From: a virus
Lineage: Duplodnaviria; Caudoviricetes
Length of the DNA stretch: 64,000 nt
Direction: 5' to 3' (one strand)
IMG/VR virus record: IMGVR_UViG_3300032038_000041
Location: 30,412 to 94,411 of that record
Shown here: piece after piece, positions 18,651 to 29,560 of the stretch
Layout: each line of letters begins with the position of its first letter
How positions within the stretch are numbered: position 1 is the first letter of the stretch
Program-made: the position numbers and the translations under genes
The notes under the pieces: generated by a model
The model's input: the letters and a program-made list of their open reading frames with translations, nothing else
What the model was told of the DNA's origin: nothing
Database searches by the model: none

Positions 18651-19298
18651 ATGGATAGTGTTAATGTTAGTACTATTGGGGATTTAACTAGTAGTACTCT
18701 ATATATGGATTCAAATAGTATTGATTGGAGTAAAGAAGCAGTAGCATCAGATTATTATAATACTATAAGTAGTCCTATTACGGCGTATTCGTATTTCACT
18801 CCGAGGAAGATTAATGAAGAGGCATTGAAAGAGGAATATTTTGAAAAGGATGATACTGATATAAAAGATACTACTGGTTGGAGAATTTTAAGTATAAGTG
18901 ATAATTTTATTCCTGGTGCCGAATTCTGTTTCTCCTTTAAAACTATTGAAGAGGCTTGGCCCATCAGTTTTAGAGTTATGCTAAAAGGATGTGGCAATGT
19001 GATATTAGTGATGGTTGATCAGGATTGCCCAGATTATTATATATCGGCTCCTGAAGACATAATGAGATTTGTAGATAAAGTTCTACAGAAAGAAGATGAT
19101 ATTAAAGTTGACGATTCTTTACTTGATCTAATTAATTCTATTCAAGGAATTTCTACAATAGATGATATTCCTAAGAATATAAATATAACACACACTGTTT
19201 CAAACAATGTTCTTTATGATGCTGATACAGCAATTACTGCAACTAATTGTGGAAACGCTTTAACAATAAAAGCAAATGCTACCTCTTGTATATGTTGA
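18651..19298 (+). CDS. hypothetical protein
   Basis: Operonic ORF. Confidence 0.7.
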   Translation: MDSVNVSTIGDLTSSTLYMDSNSIDWSKEAVASDYYNTISSPITAYSYFTPRKINEEALKEEYFEKDDTDIKDTTGWRILSISDNFIPGAEFCFSFKTIEEAWPISFRVMLKGCGNVILVMVDQDCPDYYISAPEDIMRFVDKVLQKEDDIKVDDSLLDLINSIQGISTIDDIPKNINITHTVSNNVLYDADTAITATNCGNALTIKANATSCIC

Positions 19299-19671
19299 TT
19301 GTCAATTTGCTAAAGTAGCAAGTAAGACAAGTTTCTTTAAAGAAAGCCTAAAGGAGTCTAGACAGGTTAAAGAATTATATCAAACTTCAAAGCTCCTATT
19401 AGGTCTTTCTTCGGACCGAGTTGAAATAAATGTTTGTAAAGATCAAAGATTTTATAGATTTGATTTTATGAGTCAAGATGCATCTAAGTCTATTATAGGA
19501 TGGATGTTTTATATTCCAGATCAGAGGCGTCTTGATATATATAATTCGACTGACCCTAATTTTCCATTAATACAGGCAGTTGGAAAAAAAGTTGTATTTA
19601 AAAACTATTCAATATTTTTAGATAGACTTGGATTTGATAATTTATTTAAAAGGTTATTTGGTATTTTATGA
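19276..19671 (+). CDS. hypothetical protein
   Basis: Overlapping operonic ORF. Confidence 0.65.
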   Translation: MLPLVYVDCQFAKVASKTSFFKESLKESRQVKELYQTSKLLLGLSSDRVEINVCKDQRFYRFDFMSQDASKSIIGWMFYIPDQRRLDIYNSTDPNFPLIQAVGKKVVFKNYSIFLDRLGFDNLFKRLFGIL

Positions 19672-19982
19672 TAGTAAATGATGATAGTTTTAAAAAAGCA
19701 TTAGAGGATTGTACAACTCCTATTTTAGCGGATTTTTCAGCTACCTGGTGTGGTCCTTGTCGTGCACTTTCACCAATTCTTGATGAAATTGAGGAAGAAT
19801 TTAAGGATAAAATTCTAGTTTTAAAATGTGATGTAGAAGATTGTCCGGAGGCAGCTTCAGATTACAATATTCGTAGTATTCCTTGTCTGATTTATATGGA
19901 TCAAAATGGAAATGAAATAAAAAGGACAATAGGTTTACAATCTAAAGCTCAAATTGAAGCAGCTATAAAAGAAATTATTTAA
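19668..19982 (+). CDS. trxA: thioredoxin
   Basis: DFSATWCGPCR, IRSIP. Confidence 0.95.
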   Translation: MIVNDDSFKKALEDCTTPILADFSATWCGPCRALSPILDEIEEEFKDKILVLKCDVEDCPEAASDYNIRSIPCLIYMDQNGNEIKRTIGLQSKAQIEAAIKEII

Positions 19983-20041
19983 AATAAAAGAGAAGGGATG
20001 ATTAGAAGTAGTCATCTCTTATTTTTATTCATGAAATAAAC

Positions 20042-20078
20042 AAAATGCGCTTATAAAGCCTTTTAGTTCTTATTCTTG
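20042..20078 (+). promoter_or_regulatory. phage bipartite promoter of the RNAP operon
   Basis: AAAATGCG-N18-TCTTATTCTTG followed by a 5' hairpin. Confidence 0.7.
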
Positions 20079-20150
20079 AAAATAGAAGAAATTGTTGTGT
20101 TTTCTTTTCTATTTTTAGGAAGAAATTAATGAAACAAATAATGAATAATT

Positions 20151-21278
20151 ATGGATGACGATTTTTTATTAGATGAAGACGACGATCTCGAATCTCAAGG
20201 TTATATTGCTCCAGACGATGAAGAAGACTCTGACAATGATGACCAAAATGATGAAGAGTTTGACGTAGATGAGAAAATTAACGAGAAATCAAGTCCTGGT
20301 GCTAATGCTGAAGACTATCATGGGAAGATGACTAAAGATGAGATTTGGTTATCTTCTACTTATAATGATATTGTAAATGCTTCAAGCAAAGATATAGGAA
20401 AGATTAGTGTAGGTGGTGGTCGTGCCTTTGATTCTGTTATTGTTGATGCAGTAAGAAGTATTGTAATGGCAAACCCCGTAAATACTTCAGCTACTACAGT
20501 TGAGAATATTACTAAAGAATTTTTCCAAGCACAGGGTCACTCTCGTATCGTCAGTACTTTGTATACTCCGGATCAACCTCTTCGTGGAAGTGACTTGGAT
20601 GATGGATTAGGAGGAACTGATGATGGTGGCTTTAACCAACAATATGCAAATGAGGCTAGAAATCAAATTTCACGCTTTATTAATTATTTAGCAACTAGAG
20701 ATCTTAGTAAGGATTCAATTATTTCTAGACGAAGAAAACAAAGACAAATACCAGCTTTTATTATATTCTTATTCTCTTCAGGTTTATATGACTTAATTAT
20801 AGATTGTCCTACAATGCCTGAAGAGTATGCTGAGCAAATCAAAAAGGCTTTTGAAAGAATTAGTAGAGCAAAGAATGATCTTGTAGAAGCTTTGGCACAG
20901 AGATATGAAGAAAATAAAAGACCGAAAGTAGCTGAGAGGGTAAGAAAGTTAGGACCCGCCTGGTTTAATAGAGAGCCTGCAGAAATTAGAACAACTTCTG
21001 AATATGCAGATCTTAATTTAACACAAGAGGATGTTGTAACTTACAGAGAATATAGAAGTAGGTTTACTAATATTTCAAGATCTCTTACTCAGGATGTAAT
21101 CTCTGATATGATTGAAGTAGTTCTTGATAAAGATGCTGGAATCTATGAGAGATTGAAGGATAAAACGAGGTCTGATGCAATTGCAGATGTAAAGCAAGTT
21201 TATAAAGATTGGGCTAAAGATAATCAAAGTGATTCAGATCTAGCAGAGCATATTATTTGGAATGATATTAAACAATAA
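20151..21278 (+). CDS. hypothetical protein with acidic N-terminus, first gene of the RNAP operon (candidate RNAP accessory subunit)
   Basis: 375 aa, D/E-rich first ~45 aa, 5 bp upstream of beta'. Confidence 0.75.
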   Translation: MDDDFLLDEDDDLESQGYIAPDDEEDSDNDDQNDEEFDVDEKINEKSSPGANAEDYHGKMTKDEIWLSSTYNDIVNASSKDIGKISVGGGRAFDSVIVDAVRSIVMANPVNTSATTVENITKEFFQAQGHSRIVSTLYTPDQPLRGSDLDDGLGGTDDGGFNQQYANEARNQISRFINYLATRDLSKDSIISRRRKQRQIPAFIIFLFSSGLYDLIIDCPTMPEEYAEQIKKAFERISRAKNDLVEALAQRYEENKRPKVAERVRKLGPAWFNREPAEIRTTSEYADLNLTQEDVVTYREYRSRFTNISRSLTQDVISDMIEVVLDKDAGIYERLKDKTRSDAIADVKQVYKDWAKDNQSDSDLAEHIIWNDIKQ

Positions 21279-21283
21279 AAACT

Positions 21284-24200
21284 ATGGCAGTAAGTCTTGA
21301 ATTATTAACAGACGATGATATTATTGATTACACCAGAAGTGATGGTAAGGATCGAATATTAATCAATCATCGTGACTTAGATTTAAAGCGAAATATTCCC
21401 TATCCAGTAGCTGGAGGTGTCTATGATACAGAGATCTTTGGCTCACCATTTGAGGATAGATGTATTTGCGGAAAAATCAGACGATCTTCTTCAGAGCCTT
21501 GCCCTAATTGTGGAGCTAGAGTTTTTACTAAAGAAGAAGGTCTTAGACGATTTGCTAGAATTGAACTCCCATTTTACTACCTGAATGACTTAAGATTTGA
21601 AATCTTTAAAGATCTTTTTGATCAGATTTTTGAAGGTGTAACTATTAAATTAGACTTCCAAGGAGATGATCTTAGGAATGATGGTTATACTGGTAGAGGT
21701 GCTAAGAAGTTGGGAATTAAAATTTTTGATACTTGTGAGTTTACTTATAGTAAAGCTAAAAATACACTTACTATTTCAGAATTTATAACTGATGAAAAAA
21801 AGTGTTCTTATGAAGGATTACTTGCAATTATTGAGAAATATTTTCCTGAGCATCTTACGGAGTTTAGAAAAATGATTAACCGGTATTATATTGTTTTACC
21901 GGCTATGATGCGACCTTTCTCTCTTGCTATGAGAGGAACAAGCAAAAAGATGAATTCTCACAAACTTAGTGTATGGTATTCAATTATCATTAGACTTTGT
22001 TGTGTAGATGATATAAAGAGTAATACCTCAAATTATAATGAGGTTATGGCACGATTCACTACTCCTGGGGAGCGAGTTAGATATACAGCCCTTTTACGAG
22101 CATTACTTAACGCTGGTAAGAAACAGGCTACAGATCTACTTAATACTTCCAGGAAAAATGAAGCCCGTGAACTTTACTCTGTTCGTGTTAAGAATTCAGC
22201 CCGTGCTCCTATTATTCCAGATACAGAATTACCAGTTGATGAAATTGGTGTACCTGTATATCTGGCCTATGAGATGTGTCGAGAAGGCTTTATTAAGTAT
22301 TTACAGGAACAACTTAATTTCTCGAAAGAGGAAGCTATGAAGACTACAAAACAAGAGGCTATGAATCCTGAAACACAAAAATTATTTAAAGAATATGCAG
22401 AAACGCAAGTTGTATTGGTAAACCGTCAACCGACACTTCATGAATATAGCATTTTTGCGATGAAGATGCGTGTCGTAGATGGAGATTGCATACATTACCC
22501 ACTAGAATTATGTGGGCCGTTGAATGCTGACTTTGATGGTGATACAGTTTCGCTTACTCTTGTTCCTGAAGAGGCGAAAGATGACACTATGAAAAAAATG
22601 AGCCCACGTTATTCAAAAGTTTATAAAAAGAACCTTGAACCTATATTTGTGTTTAATCATGAAACACTTAATGGAGGTAATGTGGCTACTACTTATGATT
22701 TCGAAGATCCTATTGAATTAACAGAACCTAGACATTATTATACTGACTATGCTCAGCTTTTACAAGATGTTGAAGTAGACAATAAAATAAAATATGGAAC
22801 TCCAATAGTATTTACCGGAAAAGTAGGTGAACTTGAATTTAAAAATAAAATTACAACGTATGGACGATTAAGGACTTCTAAGATAGTTGGTAAAGATATT
22901 GATGAGCTTGGAATCTTTAAAACTCCATATGAAGCATTAAAAGCAGGTAGTGCTGGAAAACTTGTTCACTATCTGTATAAGAGCGATGATTTTGTCGAGA
23001 AAATGAATGAACTACAAAAATTTTGGCTTAAAGTAGTTTCTAAAGCCGGAGTAGTTACATTTGATTTTAAGACATTGTATGTAGATACTAATTCCGAGAC
23101 ATACAATAAAATTAAAGATGTTGTAGACTCTGCAGATCTTACTGATAAACAAAAACTTCTTCTTGTTACCGATCTTTATGCAAAGTATGAGAAAGAGATT
23201 GAAGGTAGATTTAGCGATGACCTGAGAGAAGAACTTAGTCGAGCAAATCGAGTTAAGATTCACTCAATTCAGGATATTAATATGCCTCAAATGATCATAC
23301 AAGGTACTCAAGAAAAAGTAGTTGTAAATAAAGGATCTTTGTTAAGCGGTTTAACTGAAAAAGAGTATATTTCACATTCTATAGAAAATAGATCGCTCCA
23401 AAGTATCAAAAATAGTGGCGTCAATTACAATGGGGTGCGCCCTTTAAACTGTACGTAATTGCTGGAAGGAATTAAAATTTATATAAAATGTAAAAAGTAA
23501 ATTAGAATCAGCAACTTATTATGATGGAAAAAACAATTAAGTTTTTATCAGCGGTTGGCCTAGTTCTTGGAGCTATGGGAGAGATGTTAAAACAAGTTAA
23601 TCTTTACCAACAAGCCCAAAAGGTTGTGGAACAGGCTGAAAACGTGACTGAAGTAAAGTAATAAGATCAACGACTATACGTATGGCGCTTGTGAAAGTGA
23701 TGATATAGTCTGCCCTAGGATGAAAATCTTAGGAAACCACCAGGAGAGGTTAAAAGCTTCTCCATAGACCCCTTGGTGGATACTTAACCCGTCAGATTTC
23801 TTTCCTCTTAAATAATTATGTTTTTGATGAAAAAGCATCTGATCCAAAAAATCCAGGACTCTTAATCCCTAGATATATTGCAGCAGGTAGAACAGCTCCT
23901 AATGGAAAAATCTATTCTGAGGTAGTTAAGAAGAATGAAGATGACTTGGTACCAGTAAGAAGTATTGTTACAAAGAAAGATGGAAACCTTAGTGTAGTTT
24001 CACCTGATCATTTCAGTCAACGATTCCGTAGTATTGGAATTACTAATGGAAGTGCTATAGGTGCATCATTAGGTACTTCTCTTACTGAAAATATTACACA
24101 AAGTTTGCTTGCACTTAAGCATGGTGGTCATGAAAGAGTACTTGACCTATCAGGTAATCTATATGCCCCTAAAGATTGCACGTTTAGAATTGAAGGACGA

Positions 24201-24983
24201 TGGATTATTCTGAAAGTACGTGGTGGAGAACTTAAATATCCGCTTCCCGATAACTGGGTAGGTGTTAATAAGGATAAGTTTAGTGAGGGAGAACTCATTG
24301 GATCTGCTTATAATACGACATCTCCTGCTTATCGTCTAAATGCAATTATTAAGTGTATGCGAGCTAAAGGTACATCTGGTATAAGATACTTTGAGAAGGA
24401 TAATGTAATCTTAACCGACTGTTTCGCTTATGAAGATGGTCAAATTCACTATACTGAGACCAAAAGTGGTCATATTGAGGTGAGAATTGGTAATAGACAA
24501 TATGATTATAATCCAGAGTCACTTTATTACTTTCCTGACGGAGCACAGATTAAGAAATATCAGAAGTTCTGTTCAGGTGTCATCAATATGGCTCACGTAA
24601 CACAAGATACTCAGGATATTAATACTGCTTTTAATATATTTAGACGTCAATTCTATGTATTGAATAATGCTAAGTACGAAAAGACCGGTATCGTAGAACC
24701 TGATTGGATGCAAGAAGAAATTCTTGAGCTTGTGTTTGCTGGTCTTATGGATGTAGAGATAGATCCAAAAACTGATAAGATTAAAGAAATTGAATATCAA
24801 GGTACCCATAATAGTATCTTGGGAAGAGATTCGTTCTTTACAACATTGTCTTATGGATATAGCTCTAGAGTTATGTCAAAGGCTTTACGTGGAGAACTTA
24901 ATCTATCATCAGATATAATGACAGAAACGGTATTAGGATTGCTGTTAAATGATCAACTCGACAATAATAGTGGTATTAAATGA
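21284..24983 (+). CDS. rpoC: RNA polymerase beta'-like subunit (exons 21284-23421 and 23768-24983; 1117 aa spliced)
   Basis: N-terminal Zn ribbon CICG..CPNC, NRQPTLH, catalytic NADFDGD; splicing restores KNSGV|PLGGYLTRQ; trigger-loop-like ENITQSLL. Confidence 0.9.
23422..23767 (+). mobile_element. group I intron, 346 nt, containing a 46-aa micro-ORF
   Basis: IGS GGGGUGCGCC pairs with 5' exon GGCGU (P1) and 3' exon ACCCC (P10); P AATTGCTGGAA, Q AATCAGCA, R TCAACGACTA, S GATATAGTC; terminal G. Confidence 0.93.
23521..23661 (+). CDS. intron-encoded 46-aa peptide MMEKTIKFLSAVGLVLGAMGEMLKQVNLYQQAQKVVEQAENVTEVK
   Basis: ATG-to-TAA ORF filling the loop between CTTATTA and TAATAAG (P6 position); below the ORF-track size cutoff. 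Confidence 0.5.
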   Translation: MMEKTIKFLSAVGLVLGAMGEMLKQVNLYQQAQKVVEQAENVTEVK

Positions 24984-25204
24984 AAATTGAATTAGAAATT
25001 CCATATATTGAAGATGATGAGTTGAGTATTAAAATTACAATACGGAGAGATGGAGTAGTATCTGTAGAGGGTGCTACTTCTGCTCCTAATGTAATTGAAA
25101 AGAAGCCGAAGACTCAACCAAAAGAGAAAAAGAAAAGTTCGGCTACAGCTCCTCCTGCGATTCCAAATTCGTTTGGTGGAAATTTTATGAATGCTGAATT
25201 TTAA
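24980..25204 (+). CDS. hypothetical protein in the RNAP operon
   Basis: ATGA-coupled to beta'. Confidence 0.65.
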   Translation: MKIELEIPYIEDDELSIKITIRRDGVVSVEGATSAPNVIEKKPKTQPKEKKKSSATAPPAIPNSFGGNFMNAEF

Positions 25205-25574
25205 TTATATTGAGAAAATGAGTAATAGTACCTATTATAACATTATTCTATCGTATGAAATTCCGTATAATATCTTAGATGTATCAGATCAAAATGTCAT
25301 TGATGCTAAAGAACAGCTTTTTAGAAGACTTAAGGATGCTATTCCTACTGTTAAATATAATACATTCTCTGTTCGACTTACTGTTAATCAGCTCAATGAT
25401 ACTATGAATTACATTGTTACGTATGAGGCTTACTTCAGATCAAATGAAGGACTACCCATGGAAGAATACGTAGAAGCGCGAGATCTTAAAGATAACGCAA
25501 GAAAAGAGTTAGAGAGTTTCTTTAGCTCTGTAGACTGTGACTATAAGCAGTTAAATATTAAAACTCTATTATAA
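25191..25574 (+). CDS. hypothetical protein in the RNAP operon
   Basis: Abuts the beta start. Confidence 0.7.
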   Translation: MLNFNYIEKMSNSTYYNIILSYEIPYNILDVSDQNVIDAKEQLFRRLKDAIPTVKYNTFSVRLTVNQLNDTMNYIVTYEAYFRSNEGLPMEEYVEARDLKDNARKELESFFSSVDCDYKQLNIKTLL

Positions 25575-28500
25575 ATGTCAAATTTTAATCAGTATTTCAA
25601 GAACACGGGAGCAAAAATTATGGTAGAGCGATTCTTTAAAGGAATCGATATGTATAATCCAAAAAACAAACTGAAAAATCTAAAGTGGTATATTGAGCCC
25701 GAGCCAAGTCAGCCAGCATCTTATTATGTTGAGAATGAATTGACAGCTACTCACAAAGTACATATAGATTATACAGTTAATGATGGACCAGAAATTCTTA
25801 GCTCTGAATTTGAAGTTCCTAGAGAAATTGATGGTGTATTTATCATTGAAGGAGCTTATAGAATTGCTACGAATACGCTTGGTTCGGATTATGATTGTCG
25901 AATTCAAATGTCGGGAACTAATCCTTGGAAAATTAATTTCGACTATAATCGCCAATATGATATTGCTAAGAAAGTTCTAAGAATTAAGAAGATTAATCCA
26001 GATCTCGGTGTTCAAGAAAAAGTAAAAGAGTATAATCTTGATGAGATTGATAATATAAAAGGAGAAGACTTAGAAGCATTACGGCTTACTGAAAGACAGC
26101 AGAAAAAGTTTCAAATTAAGCTTGATATTGATTATAAGCCTGAATTTATTACTAGAAAACTCATCGAAGACTGCTTAGCCTACGGGGATGATAGACTTAA
26201 AGACTTGATCATTGATAAAAATATTGAGTCAGTTCCACAAGGGTTTATTAACTTCCTATTCAAAAGTGGTAAAGGAAGAAATTTCTTTGCAGCTAGACGA
26301 AAAATAACCTCTTACTGGACAAAATTTAGTAAGCTGCCTGATCCTGCTAACTCTATAACTCTTTTATGTCAAAAACATTGGAAAGGATCTTCAGAAAGTG
26401 CTAAAGGAGGTAGTGAAATTCAAGTTCCACCTGGTATTAATTCACAGAATTTAAGTTCACTTGGGGAAAAGATTATGATACCTGACTCGGTTGCATATAA
26501 TACATCATTTGCAGACTTAATTGATATTGCAGATACACCTATTAACCAATCGAGTAACCGTATTAATGCACTTACTGTTTCTACTCACTTAACAGATGAT
26601 AAAATTCTTTTTGATTGTTATTCCAAAGACTTCAAGAAGATTACAATTGATTATCTTGACTACCTTAACTCAAAAATAGTAACAAGTGAGTATGTAGACT
26701 ATGATGCTAGAGAGATTAAGCCAAATAAAGATGGACAAATCGAAATTAAGCATCGAATGAAAAGAAAGATGGTATCAGCAACAGATTATGATTTTGTTGA
26801 CTTACCACCTGATTATCGACTCTCTTCAACAACACGACGAATTCCATTTTTAAACTTTACAGATAGTGTAAGAATTGAGATGGGAAGCGGTATGTTAAAA
26901 CAAGCAATACCTTTGCCAAATGCAGAAAGACCACTTGTTGACACCGGAAATGTTGAAGAGTTAGAAAATAATATTCTAAATGAAAAATTTAGACTTCCTG
27001 AGGGAACTGTAAAAGAAATCAATGACGAAGAAGTTCTTATTCAACTCCCAGGAAATGATGAGATTAGTGTTCCTAGACGTACAGCAATACAAAGCGCTAA
27101 TGATGTTGATATCTTTACTGAGCCTAAAGTTAAGGTTGGACAGAAAGTTAAGGAAGGTGATATTATTACTGGTGCTGTAGGCGTAGAGAAAGATACATAT
27201 AAAACTGGAATTAATGCATTGGTCTTGTTCCATGCAATGTTTGGTTATGTAAATGAGGATGCTGTTGTAGTATCAGAATCATTTGCTAATAAAATGTGTC
27301 ACTATTCACTTATTGACTTAACTATGGATGTTAAAAATTCAGAAGCTATTAAGTGGATTGCACCAATAGGAACTCGTGTAAAATCAAAAGATAGAGTAAT
27401 GACTGTATATAAAGCAGTAAGACTTGATGAGATTAATAAGAAACTTCAAGAACAACTTGGAGGAATTCTTGGAAACCTTGATCAGTATACTGTAGAGACA
27501 GGATTATCTGTTCCGAATAATATAGATGAAGCAGTTGTTACTGATGTTATAATTCAGGAAAATAAGAAGCCAAGGATCCCTAAATCAATAAAAAAGCCGG
27601 ATTATTCGTTTGCTAAAACAAGTCAAACTGTAATTGATGACTATGAAAAAACAAAGGATCGTAAGCCAATATATGATAAATATCCTGAATATATAGCATC
27701 TGATACTCTGGATCCCGTAAATCTAAAGGATAAAAATTATAAAGTTGTCTATACCGTTAGAATCCGACTAATTAAGAGAACTACTTTAATGTTAGGTTCA
27801 AAAGTTACAAACCGCTATGGTGGTAAGGGTGTTATATCAAAAATCTTACCAGACAACTTAATGCCAATAATGGTAGATAAACAGGGGAATAAGAAGGTTA
27901 TAGATATTGTAATGAATCCATATTCAACAATCAATAGAAAGATACCATCGGTTCTCCTAGAAAACTCCCTAGGATTAATCATTCATCGTTTACGGGACAT
28001 GGTGGAGGAGTATAAGGGAACTAAGACAGGTCAAAAGAAAATTAAACCTCTCTTAATGAAGTACTATCCAGGCCGCTTTGATAATATGACAGTTGAGGAA
28101 ATCATACAAATGCATAATTCTAGCAGAATAGAAGAAATGTATTATATGAATGTTGGATGTTATTCGACAAAATTTACTCCTGATCTTGTTACAAAATGGA
28201 TGGAAGAACTTGGTGTAGAACCTCAATCCAAGATCCTAATGCCACAAACTGAAATTGCTGATCTTAAAGAACTTAAGGAAACCCTAAGTGAAGAAGAATA
28301 TCAAAAGGCAGTTTCAAAAATGACTGGAAAGTTTGTAGAAGTAGATAAACCATTGATGTGTGGTTATATAACATTCTTAGAGCTTTTCAAGATCCCATAT
28401 TATGATGAAAAAGCAACGTCTAGTATGTTTCTGCCAGATGGAGATATTAATCCATTTAAGGACTCGCCAATTATGTCCCATGGTAAATATAGAACAACTG

Positions 28501-28733
28501 GACAAAAGATCGGTGAGATGGAGTTAACTGCTTACTTAGCCCGTGGAGCAAAACAGTTTATTGAGTACTCTCGTAGTGATACATCTACACAAGATTCTAT
28601 TGAATTTATGAATAACCTTCTTGGACTTGGTGTAACAATCAAGAATGAAGAGGGATATAATATGGGAGCATCAAGTCTTAGAAATAGTCTTGGTGAAATG
28701 AAGGTTAAATTTAGACTCAAAAATAAAAAGTAA
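25575..28733 (+). CDS. rpoB: RNA polymerase beta-like subunit
   Basis: GVFIIEG, DTP, RIEMGSGMLKQAIPL, GYVNEDA, GSKVTNRYGGKGVIS, DIVMNP, GQKIGEME. Confidence 0.9.
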   Translation: MSNFNQYFKNTGAKIMVERFFKGIDMYNPKNKLKNLKWYIEPEPSQPASYYVENELTATHKVHIDYTVNDGPEILSSEFEVPREIDGVFIIEGAYRIATNTLGSDYDCRIQMSGTNPWKINFDYNRQYDIAKKVLRIKKINPDLGVQEKVKEYNLDEIDNIKGEDLEALRLTERQQKKFQIKLDIDYKPEFITRKLIEDCLAYGDDRLKDLIIDKNIESVPQGFINFLFKSGKGRNFFAARRKITSYWTKFSKLPDPANSITLLCQKHWKGSSESAKGGSEIQVPPGINSQNLSSLGEKIMIPDSVAYNTSFADLIDIADTPINQSSNRINALTVSTHLTDDKILFDCYSKDFKKITIDYLDYLNSKIVTSEYVDYDAREIKPNKDGQIEIKHRMKRKMVSATDYDFVDLPPDYRLSSTTRRIPFLNFTDSVRIEMGSGMLKQAIPLPNAERPLVDTGNVEELENNILNEKFRLPEGTVKEINDEEVLIQLPGNDEISVPRRTAIQSANDVDIFTEPKVKVGQKVKEGDIITGAVGVEKDTYKTGINALVLFHAMFGYVNEDAVVVSESFANKMCHYSLIDLTMDVKNSEAIKWIAPIGTRVKSKDRVMTVYKAVRLDEINKKLQEQLGGILGNLDQYTVETGLSVPNNIDEAVVTDVIIQENKKPRIPKSIKKPDYSFAKTSQTVIDDYEKTKDRKPIYDKYPEYIASDTLDPVNLKDKNYKVVYTVRIRLIKRTTLMLGSKVTNRYGGKGVISKILPDNLMPIMVDKQGNKKVIDIVMNPYSTINRKIPSVLLENSLGLIIHRLRDMVEEYKGTKTGQKKIKPLLMKYYPGRFDNMTVEEIIQMHNSSRIEEMYYMNVGCYSTKFTPDLVTKWMEELGVEPQSKILMPQTEIADLKELKETLSEEEYQKAVSKMTGKFVEVDKPLMCGYITFLELFKIPYYDEKATSSMFLPDGDINPFKDSPIMSHGKYRTTGQKIGEMELTAYLARGAKQFIEYSRSDTSTQDSIEFMNNLLGLGVTIKNEEGYNMGASSLRNSLGEMKVKFRLKNKK

Positions 28734-29410
28734 TGGACATGGAACTTAATAAAAATACGCCTTCATGTTTAATGTTGGCTGCTAATCTTATAACTCCAGT
28801 TTCATTGGCTAGTATTTTTGAAACTGAAGACCTAAAAGATTCTGGTATAGAGTTTGATAGTCATCTTACTATTCTATTCTCTCATAATTTATTAGAAAAG
28901 GATATTATTTTAAGAGACATCAATACTGTTATATCAGCCTCGCCTATATCAAAGAATATTATTGGTGGATTTAATATCTTAGAGTTTCTCAAAGGACAAA
29001 AAAAATTTGAAGCTAAACCAGTTTTAGATTTATTTGATTTAGGAAACTTTGAGAATGAATCCGGATATGTAGTACTTAAGCTAAAAAAGAATACTGGCCT
29101 TTTTGAAATTTTAAATACTTTAAATTCCGGCCTCTCTGAACTCTATGGAGTAACAAGTGATTTTGGAGAATATAAACCACACTTAACACTTGCTGAAGTA
29201 CAGGCAGGACTAAGCCAGAAATATGTGGAGAATGAAATTCTACAACTAATATTACAAAAAAGTAAAATTAAACTTGAGGATTTTATATTCTCATATGATC
29301 TGGGAGAAAAAGATTATAAAGTATATGATCTAACAAATTTTAATTCTGTTGATAGATTTTTTAGAATTGAAAATTTAAAGAAAGAAGCTGCAGAATTTAT
29401 TAAAGAATAA
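28733..29410 (+). CDS. 2H phosphoesterase (Acb1 / T4 57B-like candidate)
   Basis: Two HxT motifs, SHLTI and YKPHLTL. Confidence 0.75.
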   Translation: MDMELNKNTPSCLMLAANLITPVSLASIFETEDLKDSGIEFDSHLTILFSHNLLEKDIILRDINTVISASPISKNIIGGFNILEFLKGQKKFEAKPVLDLFDLGNFENESGYVVLKLKKNTGLFEILNTLNSGLSELYGVTSDFGEYKPHLTLAEVQAGLSQKYVENEILQLILQKSKIKLEDFIFSYDLGEKDYKVYDLTNFNSVDRFFRIENLKKEAAEFIKE

Positions 29411-29560
29411 AATAAAGAAAGGTGACTTAAGGATAAAACTTTAGGTCACTTCTCTTTTCTCCCTCATTGAAGCAAAGAAAATGCGAAAGAGAGAAGAGAT
29501 TATCCTTATTATTGGGAATGGAGATATCTCTGTTCCAAAATTACAAAATAAAAAAGAATA

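Noticed and set aside
21284-24983. beta' as a phiKZ-style split subunit
   Set aside because: The gap has full group I intron hallmarks (P1/P10, P/Q/R/S) and splices in frame.
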